64,000 bases of DNA from Ostreococcus lucimarinus (Eukaryota): assembly GCA_000092065.1 (NCBI GenBank), contig CP000587.1; one strand, 5' to 3'. Below, one piece after another: positions 52,501-60,996 of this stretch. The notes under the pieces are model-generated. The model did no database searches and had not been told where the DNA came from. It saw nothing but the letters and a program-made list of their open reading frames with translations. Both the position numbers and the translations under genes were made by a program. How positions within the stretch are numbered: position 1 is the stretch's first letter; every line of letters begins with the position of its first letter.

Positions 52501-52733
52501 TCATCGCCAGAACGGTTGACGAATATGTTCGAATCGCCGTCAAGGCGGCGAACGCAACAGACAAGCAAAAGTCGAATACACGCGCTCGCATCAAGAAAGC
52601 ACTGCATAAAAAATTGTTCAAAAATGCGGATGCTCCGAGGTTGTGGGGGGATGCCATCATGAGTGCGCTGCAGAAGCCCAAGCGTTGGCACTGGATCGAG
52701 GCCGAACCGCTGAAACAACACGACGAGCTTTAG
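49593..52733 (+). CDS. Multidomain glycosyltransferase: signal anchor, GT4 (GT-B group 1) domain, TPR-like linker and C-terminal GT41 (O-GlcNAc transferase-like) catalytic domain
   Basis: Signal anchor ARVALALVGACVGACA. The GT-B block is AYPSTWMETSCIAAIEALSAGVHVVTSSLGALVETV. The C-terminal blocks THGHPVTSGIPAWIMDYFISWD and YFGGDTTTREAFEVGSPVITLPGKTIGQRWTQAYY match the OGT/SPY C-terminal domain. The start is the internal ATG at 49593. Confidence 0.7.
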   Translation: MARTARARARGDATRRSWRARVALALVGACVGACATRSVDAMWFGKKSSGAAERVRADALDDGTTPGARGGTELMSAALEARVPRALVKRFHVVKSRVRALSADARRPNVLWLQDLPNDPESEHLREEKNREKFAKFMFVSEWQKSAYESYFGDVFGEKAVVMRNAIEPFERQRKEPPEDGVLRLIYHTTPHRGLDILMHVFPRLYDAHEGMLHLDVYSSFSIYGWHERDHPYAPLFQACEQHPGCTYHGAVSNDDVRDALRSAHIFAYPSTWMETSCIAAIEALSAGVHVVTSSLGALVETVGTFGTIYEFKQDWSEHADAFEQAMHGAIESYWEVTSVRLRRVQQVYASQIFGWGSPGLRGRADDWIVLLGGIHEDFNGGRDVGRDDFDSDGDYSDALFVAGRVRESRGDQKGAYEKYLQSLEFNPLNSYTMVAMSTLEIMVGESNGDHSTALRGIERMESAIDDPDGLSPPLEPNSAAYFGIAMRSGYWRETRNWAARARINFEKGLNTSQHGEDDCWELYYATIVPHFPLTPEEERRRIQKYNAGIDEMLRKDDLFCRNQAGLGNVFSIAYYFDGVDYKDEYSRWVQLKLKAFPDLLYKANALVYENDDNYLSSAQSTAVQKALMRRKIKIGAVSSFFTSESSIWGNFGEIVLGLQRDARFEVDMVHYPRDPIKEEDINLSLRPERSIVLIKGGDLETVKANREAIEERRFDVLIYLDLFMTGEMHDLAVAKLAPVQMVTHGHPVTSGIPAWIMDYFISWDLAELPDQKKAQSFYTEELLLVKSKKAAWEYYKPRTEGEVSIIVGEAPFYQFTRENLDFIPAEEMEKLSSRDGLTWYFCPQAVFKYHITFDQILGKIQREDPNAIIILMKLVDNALEALHEKVVERLIKQGDVDLDRVVFIPRMKHYQLMAMYKLSDVVLDSVYFGGDTTTREAFEVGSPVITLPGKTIGQRWTQAYYRVMGIKDFIARTVDEYVRIAVKAANATDKQKSNTRARIKKALHKKLFKNADAPRLWGDAIMSALQKPKRWHWIEAEPLKQHDEL

Positions 52734-52780
52734 ACTTGAATAGTTTACGTAGATTATTACATAAAGTCGACAGCGATAAC

Positions 52781-53512
52781 TCACACCTTCTTCGCCTTGG
52801 CACCGCCGAACAACTTTTTCACCGTGCGCACAATCATCATTATGATGCGCCAACCCCACATCACGGACACGACGAAGATGCCAAGAGCGCCCGCCTTGAC
52901 GATGTACGTGTTCGAGTCGTTCACGACCGTTCGCCATACCAACGGCGGACCGACGATGAGTCGGCAAAGCAAGAACAACAGCGCAAACAACAAGTCATTC
53001 AACGTCGCCAGGAGACTATCCTTCATGTTCAATTCGCGCAACATGGAGCGCAAGTGCAAGCTCGGATTGCTCACCTCCATCAAAAACAAGCACCCGACCA
53101 GTTCGGGGCCACTGCGCCCGGTGATGACTCCGCTCGCGAGCCCGCCGACGGTGAACATGTGATGGACCACATTCTCCACCTCGTTATTCAACAGGCAATA
53201 AAAGAAGTCGTACACGAAATAACCCAGCGACAGCGTCATGCACTCCAAGTGCGCCATCGTGTTCGCTCCGCCTACGTTCTCCAACAGCGCCCCCCACGTC
53301 GGCAGGCATCGCGCGCACATGTAAATGGCCACGACGGCGTGAATGAAGCTCACAGTGCGATTGGAAAAGTCGGCTGTGCGTCGGCGCAGGACGCCGAAGC
53401 GCAGGAAGACGTAGAGTAGCGTCCACCCGACGCTCTGCGGGACAACCTTTTGCAGCGAAGGAATGGCGACGCGGAGGTACTCCAAGTCGAGCGACGGCGA
53501 CTTACTAACCAT
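52781..53512 (-). CDS. TLC (TRAM/LAG1/CLN8) domain membrane protein
   Basis: Six hydrophobic helices. HHMFTVGG...MEVSNPSLHLRSML matches TLC-domain blocks. Confidence 0.65.
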   Translation of the reverse strand: MVSKSPSLDLEYLRVAIPSLQKVVPQSVGWTLLYVFLRFGVLRRRTADFSNRTVSFIHAVVAIYMCARCLPTWGALLENVGGANTMAHLECMTLSLGYFVYDFFYCLLNNEVENVVHHMFTVGGLASGVITGRSGPELVGCLFLMEVSNPSLHLRSMLRELNMKDSLLATLNDLLFALLFLLCRLIVGPPLVWRTVVNDSNTYIVKAGALGIFVVSVMWGWRIIMMIVRTVKKLFGGAKAKKV

Positions 53513-53709
53513 AATGACGTCGTTGATGATGTTCTTCGCGTATCAGGACGCGATAATGCGGCCTAGCGCGGTGAGCGATGCGCTGTGACGGCGGACATGG
53601 CGAAGGTTAAATCTATTGAGCGAGGAGACGCGCGAGCCAAGAGCGCGCACGGCGGCCAATGGCGAGTCTATGCGGTTTAGCGGCCAATCTATGCATTGAT
53701 ATTCTATAT

Positions 53710-53982
53710 CTAAAACCAAAAGTTGATGCTTATCGACGGCGTGAGTGCGCGGACGTAGTGCCAGCATTTTGCCGGGATGTAAACAAAGTCGCCCGGTCCG
53801 ACTATAACTTCGTACGCCGTAGCTAAGCTAAATTCAGGGAAGCGATCGAGGTCGGGGTGTTCCACGTCCACAGCGGAGAAGTTCCCTTGCGAATGTCTCG
53901 TCGTGGATTTAGACGCGGTCGTGCGGTACATGTAAGGCGTATCCGACTCGAGAAATAGTCTTATCAACTTGTATCCCGCAAC
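53710..53982 (-). CDS. JmjC-domain protein, exon 2 (C-terminal part of the JmjC fold)
   Basis: VAGYKLIRLF...VDVEHPDLDRFPEF...PGDFVYIPAKCWHYVRALTPSISINFWF. The track's 'M' at 54000 is actually a GTG codon, not an ATG. This exon starts at the acceptor tttttgtgcttgcag|GTT. Confidence 0.7.
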   Translation of the reverse strand, partial: VAGYKLIRLFLESDTPYMYRTTASKSTTRHSQGNFSAVDVEHPDLDRFPEFSLATAYEVIVGPGDFVYIPAKCWHYVRALTPSISINFWF

Positions 53983-54211
53983 CTGCAAGCACAAAAACAC
54001 GCGAAGTGAGTCGACGGCGGCGGCGGGGTTGGCGAATACGAATGTAGGGCGCTGTGTAGGCCGACGCTCATAACTTTGATACGCCGGTTCTATTGGCGCT
54101 CGCGTTTATGTAGGGAGTCGGTATCACCGGGCTGCCATGACTTTCACAGACCGGCTTCTATTAGACTCCCGCAACGAAAGTGGACAAAAATACGAGTTGC
54201 TCAAAGCGCAC
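53983..54211 (-). other. Intron (229 nt) of the JmjC gene
   Basis: Donor GGTCAG|GTGCGC immediately after the FGQ codons. The acceptor has a pyrimidine tract plus CAG. Both exons are in phase 0. The joined sequence reads HFDTYDNLFGQ|VAGYKLIRLF, restoring the conserved JmjC motif. Confidence 0.65.
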
Positions 54212-55234
54212 CTGACCAAATAAATTGTCGTACGTGTCGAAATGACACGGTGTGATCGTTCCCGCGGTACCCATCCAGACGTAGACCCGTTCGAAGCTAG
54301 GGGCGCAATTTCCAGCGCTGACATATTCTGGAACCGCGTAGTCTTCCGCCAACTCGCGAAGCTGATCAACCAGTTGATGCTGCGCCAAGTACGCAACATC
54401 ACCTGTGCTCGCGCCCCTCACCGAAGGCAACATGTCCTCATCGATAAAGTCTGCGATTGTTTTCACCTGTTCTCTCCAGTTTTCAACGTCGCTGTACTTG
54501 CCTATTTCTAACGGTACGCTGCGGTGACCGTGGACGAATCGCCACCATTCCAAGTCGGCCCATTTGCGCAGCGCCGGCCATTCCTCACCGAGCGATTCGA
54601 TGAAGACCGGTATCTCGGTCTTATAATAGCGCTGCTTAAACGTTTTCAAGTCCATTTCGCGATGATGCACTCGCGCGAGCCTCGTCTGCGCGGCATGATC
54701 GCCTCGGTCGCCTTTCGGCGCCGCGCTCGGGAACAACCACTCGCTCGTCGACGCGCTTCGCGCGTGCCCGGCGCTCACCTCACGGCGTCCGTCCATCCCC
54801 AACGCCCGCTCGCACGCGCGCACGAAATCAACCACCATATCCACGGGCGCACCCACGATCAAGGCCATGTCCACCGCCAGCATCGCCTCCCGCGCGCTCT
54901 CCGCTCGCGTCTCGCCGTCGCCGTCCCGGTCCCGCAGCGCCGCCGCGCACCGTCGAAGCTGCGCCAGGACGTACGCATCTCGCCAGCTCTCCCGCGGCCA
55001 CGCGCCGCGCGCTTGCAGCGCCGCGTACGTCGCGTCGACGACGCGCTCTCGAGCCTTCTTCGCGTCGTCGTCGTCATCCGCGCTCGACGACTTTGTCAAG
55101 ACGAGGTCGAGCCAACGCGCGAGTTTTTCTTCGCCGTGCGCCGCGATGTCCGCCACCGCGTCGCCTCCGAACGCGCGCGCGAACTCGTCGGTCACGCGCG
55201 CGTCTAACGCGTCGACGTCGGCGCTCGGAGCCAT
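54212..55234 (-). CDS. JmjC-domain protein, exon 1
   Basis: Start MAPSADVD at 55234. The JmjC N-terminal blocks WWRFVHGHRSVPLEIG and GTAGTITPCHFDTYDNLFGQ are present. Confidence 0.7.
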
Positions 55235-55295
55235 GCGAGCGCGCGCGAGGGTGAGGAAACGCGCAGAGTTGGTTGGTTTGGTTGTTGCACGCGCG

Positions 55296-55952
55296 CTACG
55301 ACTGCCACAGCCGCTTCAACTCGCGTCCGGCTCGGCATTTCTCCACCGCGCTCAGCGCGATGCGCAAGACTTCGTCCTGAATCACGTCCGGTTCGCGATT
55401 GGCGTCGATCACGTCCCACCAATCTTCTCGCATCGCTTCGAAACTCGCCTTGACGGCGCGTTGCATCTCCGTCGTCTCGTATCGCTCCTCGCCGAAGCCG
55501 CCGCGCTTCGCCGCGTCCTCGAGCGATAACTCTAAATACATCAACGCGTCCGGACGCGGTAATCCGACTTCAGGGGCGCGACACCACTCTAAATCCAATC
55601 CATCCACCCCCTTCGCCGCCGTAAACGCGCACCCGCTGTACGAGTACCTATCGCACACCAACGTCACGCCGCTCGCGAGCTTGCGTTCCATGAGCGCCTT
55701 CTTCTCCCATCGATTCGCCGCGAACAGCAGGTGTATCGCCCCATCCTCCATCTCGCTCTTCGACCGCAAGTACTGATCGATCATCTTCCCCATCGCCGTC
55801 GCGCGATCGGGGTACCGCCACAGCTCCGCCTCGACCCCCCGCGCCTCGAGCGTGTGCACCAACCGCATCGCTTGCGTCGACTTCCCGCATCGATCCGCGC
55901 CTTCGAACAGCACGAACGCGCCTCGCGCGGCCACTTTTCCCGCGGCGGACAT
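55296..55952 (-). CDS. Thymidylate kinase (dTMP kinase)
   Basis: P-loop FVLFEGADRCGKSTQ, DRY-like block LVCDRYSYSG, and lid region. The start is the internal ATG at 55950-55952 (MSAAGK). A possible N-terminal extension would start at 56090. Confidence 0.8.
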   Translation of the reverse strand: MSAAGKVAARGAFVLFEGADRCGKSTQAMRLVHTLEARGVEAELWRYPDRATAMGKMIDQYLRSKSEMEDGAIHLLFAANRWEKKALMERKLASGVTLVCDRYSYSGCAFTAAKGVDGLDLEWCRAPEVGLPRPDALMYLELSLEDAAKRGGFGEERYETTEMQRAVKASFEAMREDWWDVIDANREPDVIQDEVLRIALSAVEKCRAGRELKRLWQS

Positions 55953-56226
55953 CGTCGCGAGCGCGCCCGCACGCGCGGCGTCTCGCCGCGGCGCGTCGCG
56001 GTGCGTCGCGCGTCGTCGCGGTGCGTCGCGCGTTTCAAACGCGCGCGCGGCGACCGACCGCGTGTGACGCCGAATGTCCGAATTCTCCATCCCGGGATAT
56101 GGCGCGCAGTCTGGTTTATCCAGATCGCGCGCGCCGAAAACCCTAGTGATGTCGGCTGACTGTTTGCGCACACGACGCGCCGACCCCGCGGGGCACGCGC
56201 GCGCGCGCGCCACACCGCGCCGCGTC

Positions 56227-56334
56227 ATGTTTACGATCTCCGCGTCCTCCACCGCCGCGCGACCGACCGTGGTCGCGCACCGTCGCGCGAATAAGACGCG
56301 CGCGAAGCGTTCCGTCGTCGTGCACGGCGCCAAG
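56227..56334 (+). CDS. ATPD: ATP synthase delta chain (OSCP), chloroplastic, exon 1 (transit peptide, 36 codons)
   Basis: MFTISASSTAARPTVVAHRRANKTRAKRSVVVHGAK resembles algal ATPD transit peptides (..RRTVVVMARK..). It ends at AAG|GTGCGC in phase 0. Confidence 0.6.
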
Positions 56335-56707
56335 GTGCGCGAACGCGCGAGCGCGCGACGCGCGCGCGCGACGCGAACGCGCGCGCGAGTAATCGCGAGG
56401 GGCGCGATCGGGCGTGTTATCCTCGACGACGACGGCGTCGGACGAGGCGCGAACGCGATGAAGAGGACCGCGAACGCGCGTGGGAGTTTTGTTGCGTCGC
56501 GCGCGCGCGTCGCGGCGCGCGCGCGGGCGTCGACGGGGGGACGGCGGACGGGACGAGGCGACGGCGATCGCGCGGGGCGTATCCTCGAGGGGTTTGGCGC
56601 GCGCGCGCGCGGCGCGGACGAATCCGACGTTTGACGCGGTGTGGGTGGACGTGCGTTTGACGAGAACGGTAGACTGACGGATGATTGATCGTTTTCGCGC
56701 GTTGCAG
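56335..56707 (+). other. ATPD: Intron (373 nt) of ATPD
   Basis: Donor GTGCGC. Branch ACTGACGG lies about 30 nt upstream of the acceptor gttttcgcgcgttgcag|TCC. Exon 2 has a TGA stop immediately upstream in frame, so an upstream exon is required. Confidence 0.6.
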
Positions 56708-57253
56708 TCCAACCCGGTGTCCAGCGGTTACGCCGCGGCGCTCGTCGACGCGTGCAAGTCCTCCGGCGCGCTCGAACAAGTGCACGCCGATATGGAGACG
56801 CTCGACGCGTACGTCAAGGCGAACGCCAGCGTTGCGGGCTTCTTGGCCAACCCGACCATCGTCGCGGAAAAGAAGAAGGATGTTTTGGCGAAGCTCGGCA
56901 AGGAGGCTGGCTTCCACGCGTTCACGGGCAACTTCTTGAACTTGTTGGTGGACAAGAGACGTGAAAACCAAATCGAGGCCATCATCGCCGAGTTTGAAAC
57001 TTTGTTCTGCGAGGCGACGGACACGCAAGTCGCGACGGTGACTTCCGCGGTCAAGCTCGAAAACGAGCAACAATTCATGATTGCGAAGAAGTTGCAAGAG
57101 ATGACGGGCGCCAAGAACATCAAGCTCAAGCCGGAAGTCGACGAGTCTCTCCTCGGCGGCTTCGTCGTGCAATACGGCAAGGATGGCTCCGGCTTCATCG
57201 ACATGTCCGTCAGAGGACAAGTGGATAAGCTCGCCAGTGTGTTCGTGAACTAA
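56708..57253 (+). CDS. ATPD: ATP synthase delta chain (OSCP), chloroplastic, exon 2 (mature protein)
   Basis: SGYAAALVDA...ANPTIVAEKKKDVLAKLGKEAGF...ATDTQVATVTSAVKLENEQQFMIAKKLQEMTGAKNIKLKPEVDESLLGGFVVQYG aligns throughout with chloroplast delta subunits. Confidence 0.85.
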   Translation, partial: SNPVSSGYAAALVDACKSSGALEQVHADMETLDAYVKANASVAGFLANPTIVAEKKKDVLAKLGKEAGFHAFTGNFLNLLVDKRRENQIEAIIAEFETLFCEATDTQVATVTSAVKLENEQQFMIAKKLQEMTGAKNIKLKPEVDESLLGGFVVQYGKDGSGFIDMSVRGQVDKLASVFVN

Positions 57254-57382
57254 GCGAATACGTCGTCGATTTGCCGCATAGCCGAAAGTAGAACCGCCGG
57301 ACAAGTTCCGCCGCTGATTTAATTTCAATTCAATTGAGTCACCTCACACTTTCGTCGTCGCTAACTAATGGCTAACACTAAT

Positions 57383-58348
57383 CTACCGCGCGTCGTTCGA
57401 GCTATTCGTCGCGCGACTGCTCGCGGCTTTAAAGAATTTCGCCCCGACGTACGCGAGCGTCTTCGTCGGCGACGTGGTCAGGAGCCCCGCGACTGCTTGT
57501 CGCAGCGTGCTCGCGCGTACGATTCGCCTCAGGCAAGCGCGCACCGCGTCGCCGACCCGTTCAGCGTCGTCGCCGACTTCAACTCTATTCAACATAGTCG
57601 TCACCGTCGCCGGCAACGCATCGATGCGCTCGCGCGTCGCTTCAGGGCTCTTATCTTGCCGCCACGTCGACGCCGACGTCTCGACGCCTTTGAGCTCGCG
57701 CACGACGTCCTCGTACATCTCTCGCATCGCCTCCCCGTTCGATCTCGCGATGCGCTCGATCTTCAACCCATCCTCCGCCGCGAACGCGAATCGCACGTCC
57801 CCGTCGTAGGACAACCGCACGATCGCGCGATGAAAATCGAGTTCGCTGAACGTCTCCGGCAGCGTCAACAGCGCCGCGTTCGCCGCGCTCCGCGCGTTCC
57901 GCGCCTGCGCGTTCACGATCGCATCGCACGCGCGCGCCGTCTCGTGCGGCTTGTGCATCCTTCCCGCGACGAATAAATGCTTCCATCGCTCTAAATCATC
58001 CACGACGTCGCGCACGTCGACGACGCCGTACTTGTACGCGCGTCCCCGTTCGTCCCGCAGGCGCGCGTTGTAGTGCGCGTCCGCGCCCAGCGTCGTCGCC
58101 GCGCCGTGAATCGCGCGCCCACCGCCCAGGCGCGCGTGCCACGCGTAGTGCGATGGATTTCGCGTCGCGTTCGCGTCGTGCCACGCCGCGGGATCGCGCA
58201 CGGCGACGAGCACGTCGAGCGCGCGCTCGGGTCCGGCGACCGACGCGTCGGCGAGCACGGCCGAGCCGTACGCCAGCGCGTGCTCCACGGGCGGCAGCGC
58301 GGCGAGGACGCCGGCGATGCGTTCGCGCGCGCGCGCGTTCGCGCGCAT
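57383..58348 (-). CDS. TAMM41: Tam41/Mmp37 family protein (mitochondrial phosphatidate cytidylyltransferase-like)
   Basis: LAYGSAV, YKYGVVDVRDVVDDLERWKHLFVAGRMHKP and AANAALLTLPETFSELD match Mmp37 blocks. Confidence 0.7.
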   Translation of the reverse strand: MRANARARERIAGVLAALPPVEHALAYGSAVLADASVAGPERALDVLVAVRDPAAWHDANATRNPSHYAWHARLGGGRAIHGAATTLGADAHYNARLRDERGRAYKYGVVDVRDVVDDLERWKHLFVAGRMHKPHETARACDAIVNAQARNARSAANAALLTLPETFSELDFHRAIVRLSYDGDVRFAFAAEDGLKIERIARSNGEAMREMYEDVVRELKGVETSASTWRQDKSPEATRERIDALPATVTTMLNRVEVGDDAERVGDAVRACLRRIVRASTLRQAVAGLLTTSPTKTLAYVGAKFFKAASSRATNSSNDAR

Positions 58349-58450
58349 TCGAGCCGCGCGCGATCGATCGCGACGGCGCGCGCCGCGGTGTGCGGCGTCG
58401 GTTACGGCGCGCGTTCGTTCCTCTATCCACTCTATTCTACAGTAGAATTT

Positions 58451-59077
58451 CTACGTCTTCCTAGGTTTCTTCTTCGACGACGGCAGCGCGTCGACGACGT
58501 CGCGCTCGCCGTTCGCGTCCGCGCCCTCGCGCGCGTCTCGCGCCGCCGCGCTCGCCGCCGCCGCCGCCGCCGCCGCGCGTCGCTCCTCCGTCTTCGTCGT
58601 CAACTCTCCCGCGCCCACGTCCTCCGCGTCCTCCCGCGCGATCCTCAGATTTCCTATCTCCCCGTCCACCGCCTCCAGCGTGAACGTCCCGCTCGCTTCG
58701 TCGAACACCAGCGCGCAGTCGATCCCGACGTCTTCGCTCGCGCCGTCGTCGCTCGCGCGCGGCGCCTCCCCCTCCTCCGCGTCCTCCCTTCCGCGCGCGC
58801 GTCGCGCCCGTCGCATCCCGCGGTACCGCACCGCGCGACGATCGCCCTCGCGCGCGTCGCCGTCCCGCACCGCGTCGAACGCGACGTCGACGGCGCCGCA
58901 CGGCGAGATTTTCACGCGCGCGCGCGCCGTCGCGTCCGCGTTCGACGCGCTGAAATCGTACCGGAACACCGTCAGCGGCGGCGCGGCGCGCGCGCGCGCG
59001 TCGCCGAAGCGCTCGCGGACGCTGTCGCCGACGCGCACGGCGTAGACGTCGCGCGCGCGCGGCGCGCGCGGCGGCAT
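58451..59077 (-). CDS. Hypothetical protein (208 aa) with an acidic centre and a Lys-rich NLS-like tail KKKPRKT
   Basis: Taken as the C-terminal part of a longer GC-artefact ORF. Its placement gives a 64-bp head-to-head spacing with POLK and a tandem spacing after Tam41, which fits the local gene density. No family recognised. Confidence 0.35.
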   Translation of the reverse strand: MPPRAPRARDVYAVRVGDSVRERFGDARARAAPPLTVFRYDFSASNADATARARVKISPCGAVDVAFDAVRDGDAREGDRRAVRYRGMRRARRARGREDAEEGEAPRASDDGASEDVGIDCALVFDEASGTFTLEAVDGEIGNLRIAREDAEDVGAGELTTKTEERRAAAAAAAASAAARDAREGADANGERDVVDALPSSKKKPRKT

Positions 59078-59140
59078 TCGTCGCCGCGATCGATTCCGGC
59101 ACCGCGCGACGCGTCGCCGTGTGACGCGCGCGCGCGCGCG

Positions 59141-60934
59141 ATGGACGACGACGAGGCGTGGACGGAGCGAGACGCGCTGGATTGGCGCGATGACGACGAC
59201 GACGCGAGCGAGGACGAGGGCGCGAGCGCGCGAGGCGCGGATCACGAATTCGACGGTTGCGACGCGATGGCGACGAAAACGAACGACGACGACGCGCGGC
59301 GCGACGCGAGCGCGGACGCGACGCGCGCGCCCGCGGCGCTGTCGTACGGAAGCGTGTTCACGCACGCCAAGGCTGGGATGGAGAACGTCGATCGCGAGCG
59401 CGTGGCGAGGGTGGTGTACGACGCGACGGTGGGGACGCCGCACCACGAAAACGAGACGCGCAAGGAGCGAGCGACGTCGAAGAGGATCGCGGCGATGAAG
59501 GCGAAGGGCCAGGGAATGACGAAGACGGAGTGGGAGACGTTCGGACGACGGGCGGACGAGCGGGCGCGAGCGATGGAGAGGACGCGGAGCGGGGCGAGAA
59601 AGTGGTTGGTGGTGGACATGGATGGATTTTACGCGGCGTGCGAGGAGTTGTACGATCCGGCGTTGAAGAGCGTGCCCGTGGGCGTGGCCGCGGGACCGTC
59701 GAGCGTGTTGACGACGGCGAATTATGTGGCGAGAAAATACGGGGTGCGGGCGGCCATGCCGGGATTCATCGCGAAAAAGTTGTGCCCAGATTTGGTATTC
59801 GTGAAGCCCGACTTTAAAAAGTACGTCAAGGCGTCGAACGAGTCGCGAGGCGTGTTCGCGCAGTACAATCCCGACTACATCGCCGGTTCGCTCGATGAGG
59901 CGTACATCGAGGTGACGGAGTATTGCGAGAAGCACGACACGACGATGGAGGCGATCGCGGAGGAAATTCGCTCAAAGGTGAAGGAAGCGACGGGCGGATT
60001 GACGTGCTCCGTCGGCGGCGGGTGCTCGCGTCGATTGGCCAAAGTGTGCTCAGACTTCAACAAGCCAAACGGGCAGTACATCTTGGGTACGACGCGTGAC
60101 GATATTCTGAAGTTCCTTCGCGACTTGCCTGTGCGCAAAATGTACGGCATTGGGAAGACGCTGGAGAGGATACTGAACGAGTTTGATATTAAGACGTGCG
60201 GCGATTTGCTCGCAAAGCGCGCGACGATGCTCGCCTTGTTCACACCGAAAGCGTTCGACTTTTTGCTGGGCATCGCGCTCGGCATCGGTACCGAGTGTCA
60301 TCCGCGCGAAACGCCCGAGGGCTCGGGCGGACGAAAAGGTGTTTCCAAGAGCGAAACTTTCAAGGCGACGGCGGACAAGGCTTACTTGGATGCGAAAATG
60401 ACCGAGCTCGCGACCGAGGTGGCGTTAGAATGTCAGAGGCTCAATTTGAAAGGCCGCATGGTGGCCGTGAAGCTGAAACGAAGCACGTTCGACGTTATTC
60501 AACGTCAGACCACGCTCGCGGGGCCGACGAACGATGTCAAGACCATCGTGAATAGCGCGTTGCGATTAATGCGCAACGAAAACTCAATCGGGGCGAACAT
60601 GACTCTACGCCTCGTCGGCGCGCGAGTTTCGCAATTCGATCACGAAGAAGATGTGCCAGAAGATCAGAAGCGTATAGATAACTTTCTTCTTTCACCTAAG
60701 ACGGCCTTGACGCAAGCCGTCGCGTCTGTAGAAGAAACCTGGACGTGCGACGAGTGCGCGCGGACATTTCCACTGAAGCAGCAGACTGAACATCTCGACT
60801 GGCACGTCGCGAGACGATTGCAATCAATGGACGACGCCGAACAGTCGCGCGCGCGATTCGCGGCTTCGCACAAAGTGCCGTCGAAGAAACCTCGTCAAGG
60901 CGACCTACGAAGCATGTTCTTCACGAAGAAATGA
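59141..60934 (+). CDS. POLK: DNA polymerase kappa (Y-family, DinB homolog) with a C-terminal UBZ-type zinc finger
   Basis: WLVVDMDGFYAACEE and SLDEAYIEV are the catalytic Asp/Glu blocks. An N-clasp-like N-terminus is present. The C-terminal WTCDECARTFPLKQQTEHLDWHVARRL is a C2HC UBZ. The start is the internal ATG at 59141. Confidence 0.85.
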   Translation: MDDDEAWTERDALDWRDDDDDASEDEGASARGADHEFDGCDAMATKTNDDDARRDASADATRAPAALSYGSVFTHAKAGMENVDRERVARVVYDATVGTPHHENETRKERATSKRIAAMKAKGQGMTKTEWETFGRRADERARAMERTRSGARKWLVVDMDGFYAACEELYDPALKSVPVGVAAGPSSVLTTANYVARKYGVRAAMPGFIAKKLCPDLVFVKPDFKKYVKASNESRGVFAQYNPDYIAGSLDEAYIEVTEYCEKHDTTMEAIAEEIRSKVKEATGGLTCSVGGGCSRRLAKVCSDFNKPNGQYILGTTRDDILKFLRDLPVRKMYGIGKTLERILNEFDIKTCGDLLAKRATMLALFTPKAFDFLLGIALGIGTECHPRETPEGSGGRKGVSKSETFKATADKAYLDAKMTELATEVALECQRLNLKGRMVAVKLKRSTFDVIQRQTTLAGPTNDVKTIVNSALRLMRNENSIGANMTLRLVGARVSQFDHEEDVPEDQKRIDNFLLSPKTALTQAVASVEETWTCDECARTFPLKQQTEHLDWHVARRLQSMDDAEQSRARFAASHKVPSKKPRQGDLRSMFFTKK

Positions 60935-60996
60935 TAGAAATAATTTAGCCGTTCATTCGTTCATTGTACATTCCTAGATTTAGCGCGCGGATGCGA

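Noticed and set aside
53998-54000. ORF-track 'M' start of the 53710-54000 ORF
   Set aside because: The codon is GTG on the minus strand, not ATG, so the track evidently allows alternative starts. This ORF is an internal exon of the JmjC gene, not an independent start.
58073-59140. The N-terminal 356 codons of the 953-aa ORF that ends as DNA polymerase kappa
   Set aside because: Pol kappa homology begins at the ATG at 59141 (MDDDEAW...). The upstream part is an R-rich artefact overlapping the Tam41 gene and the small minus-strand gene.
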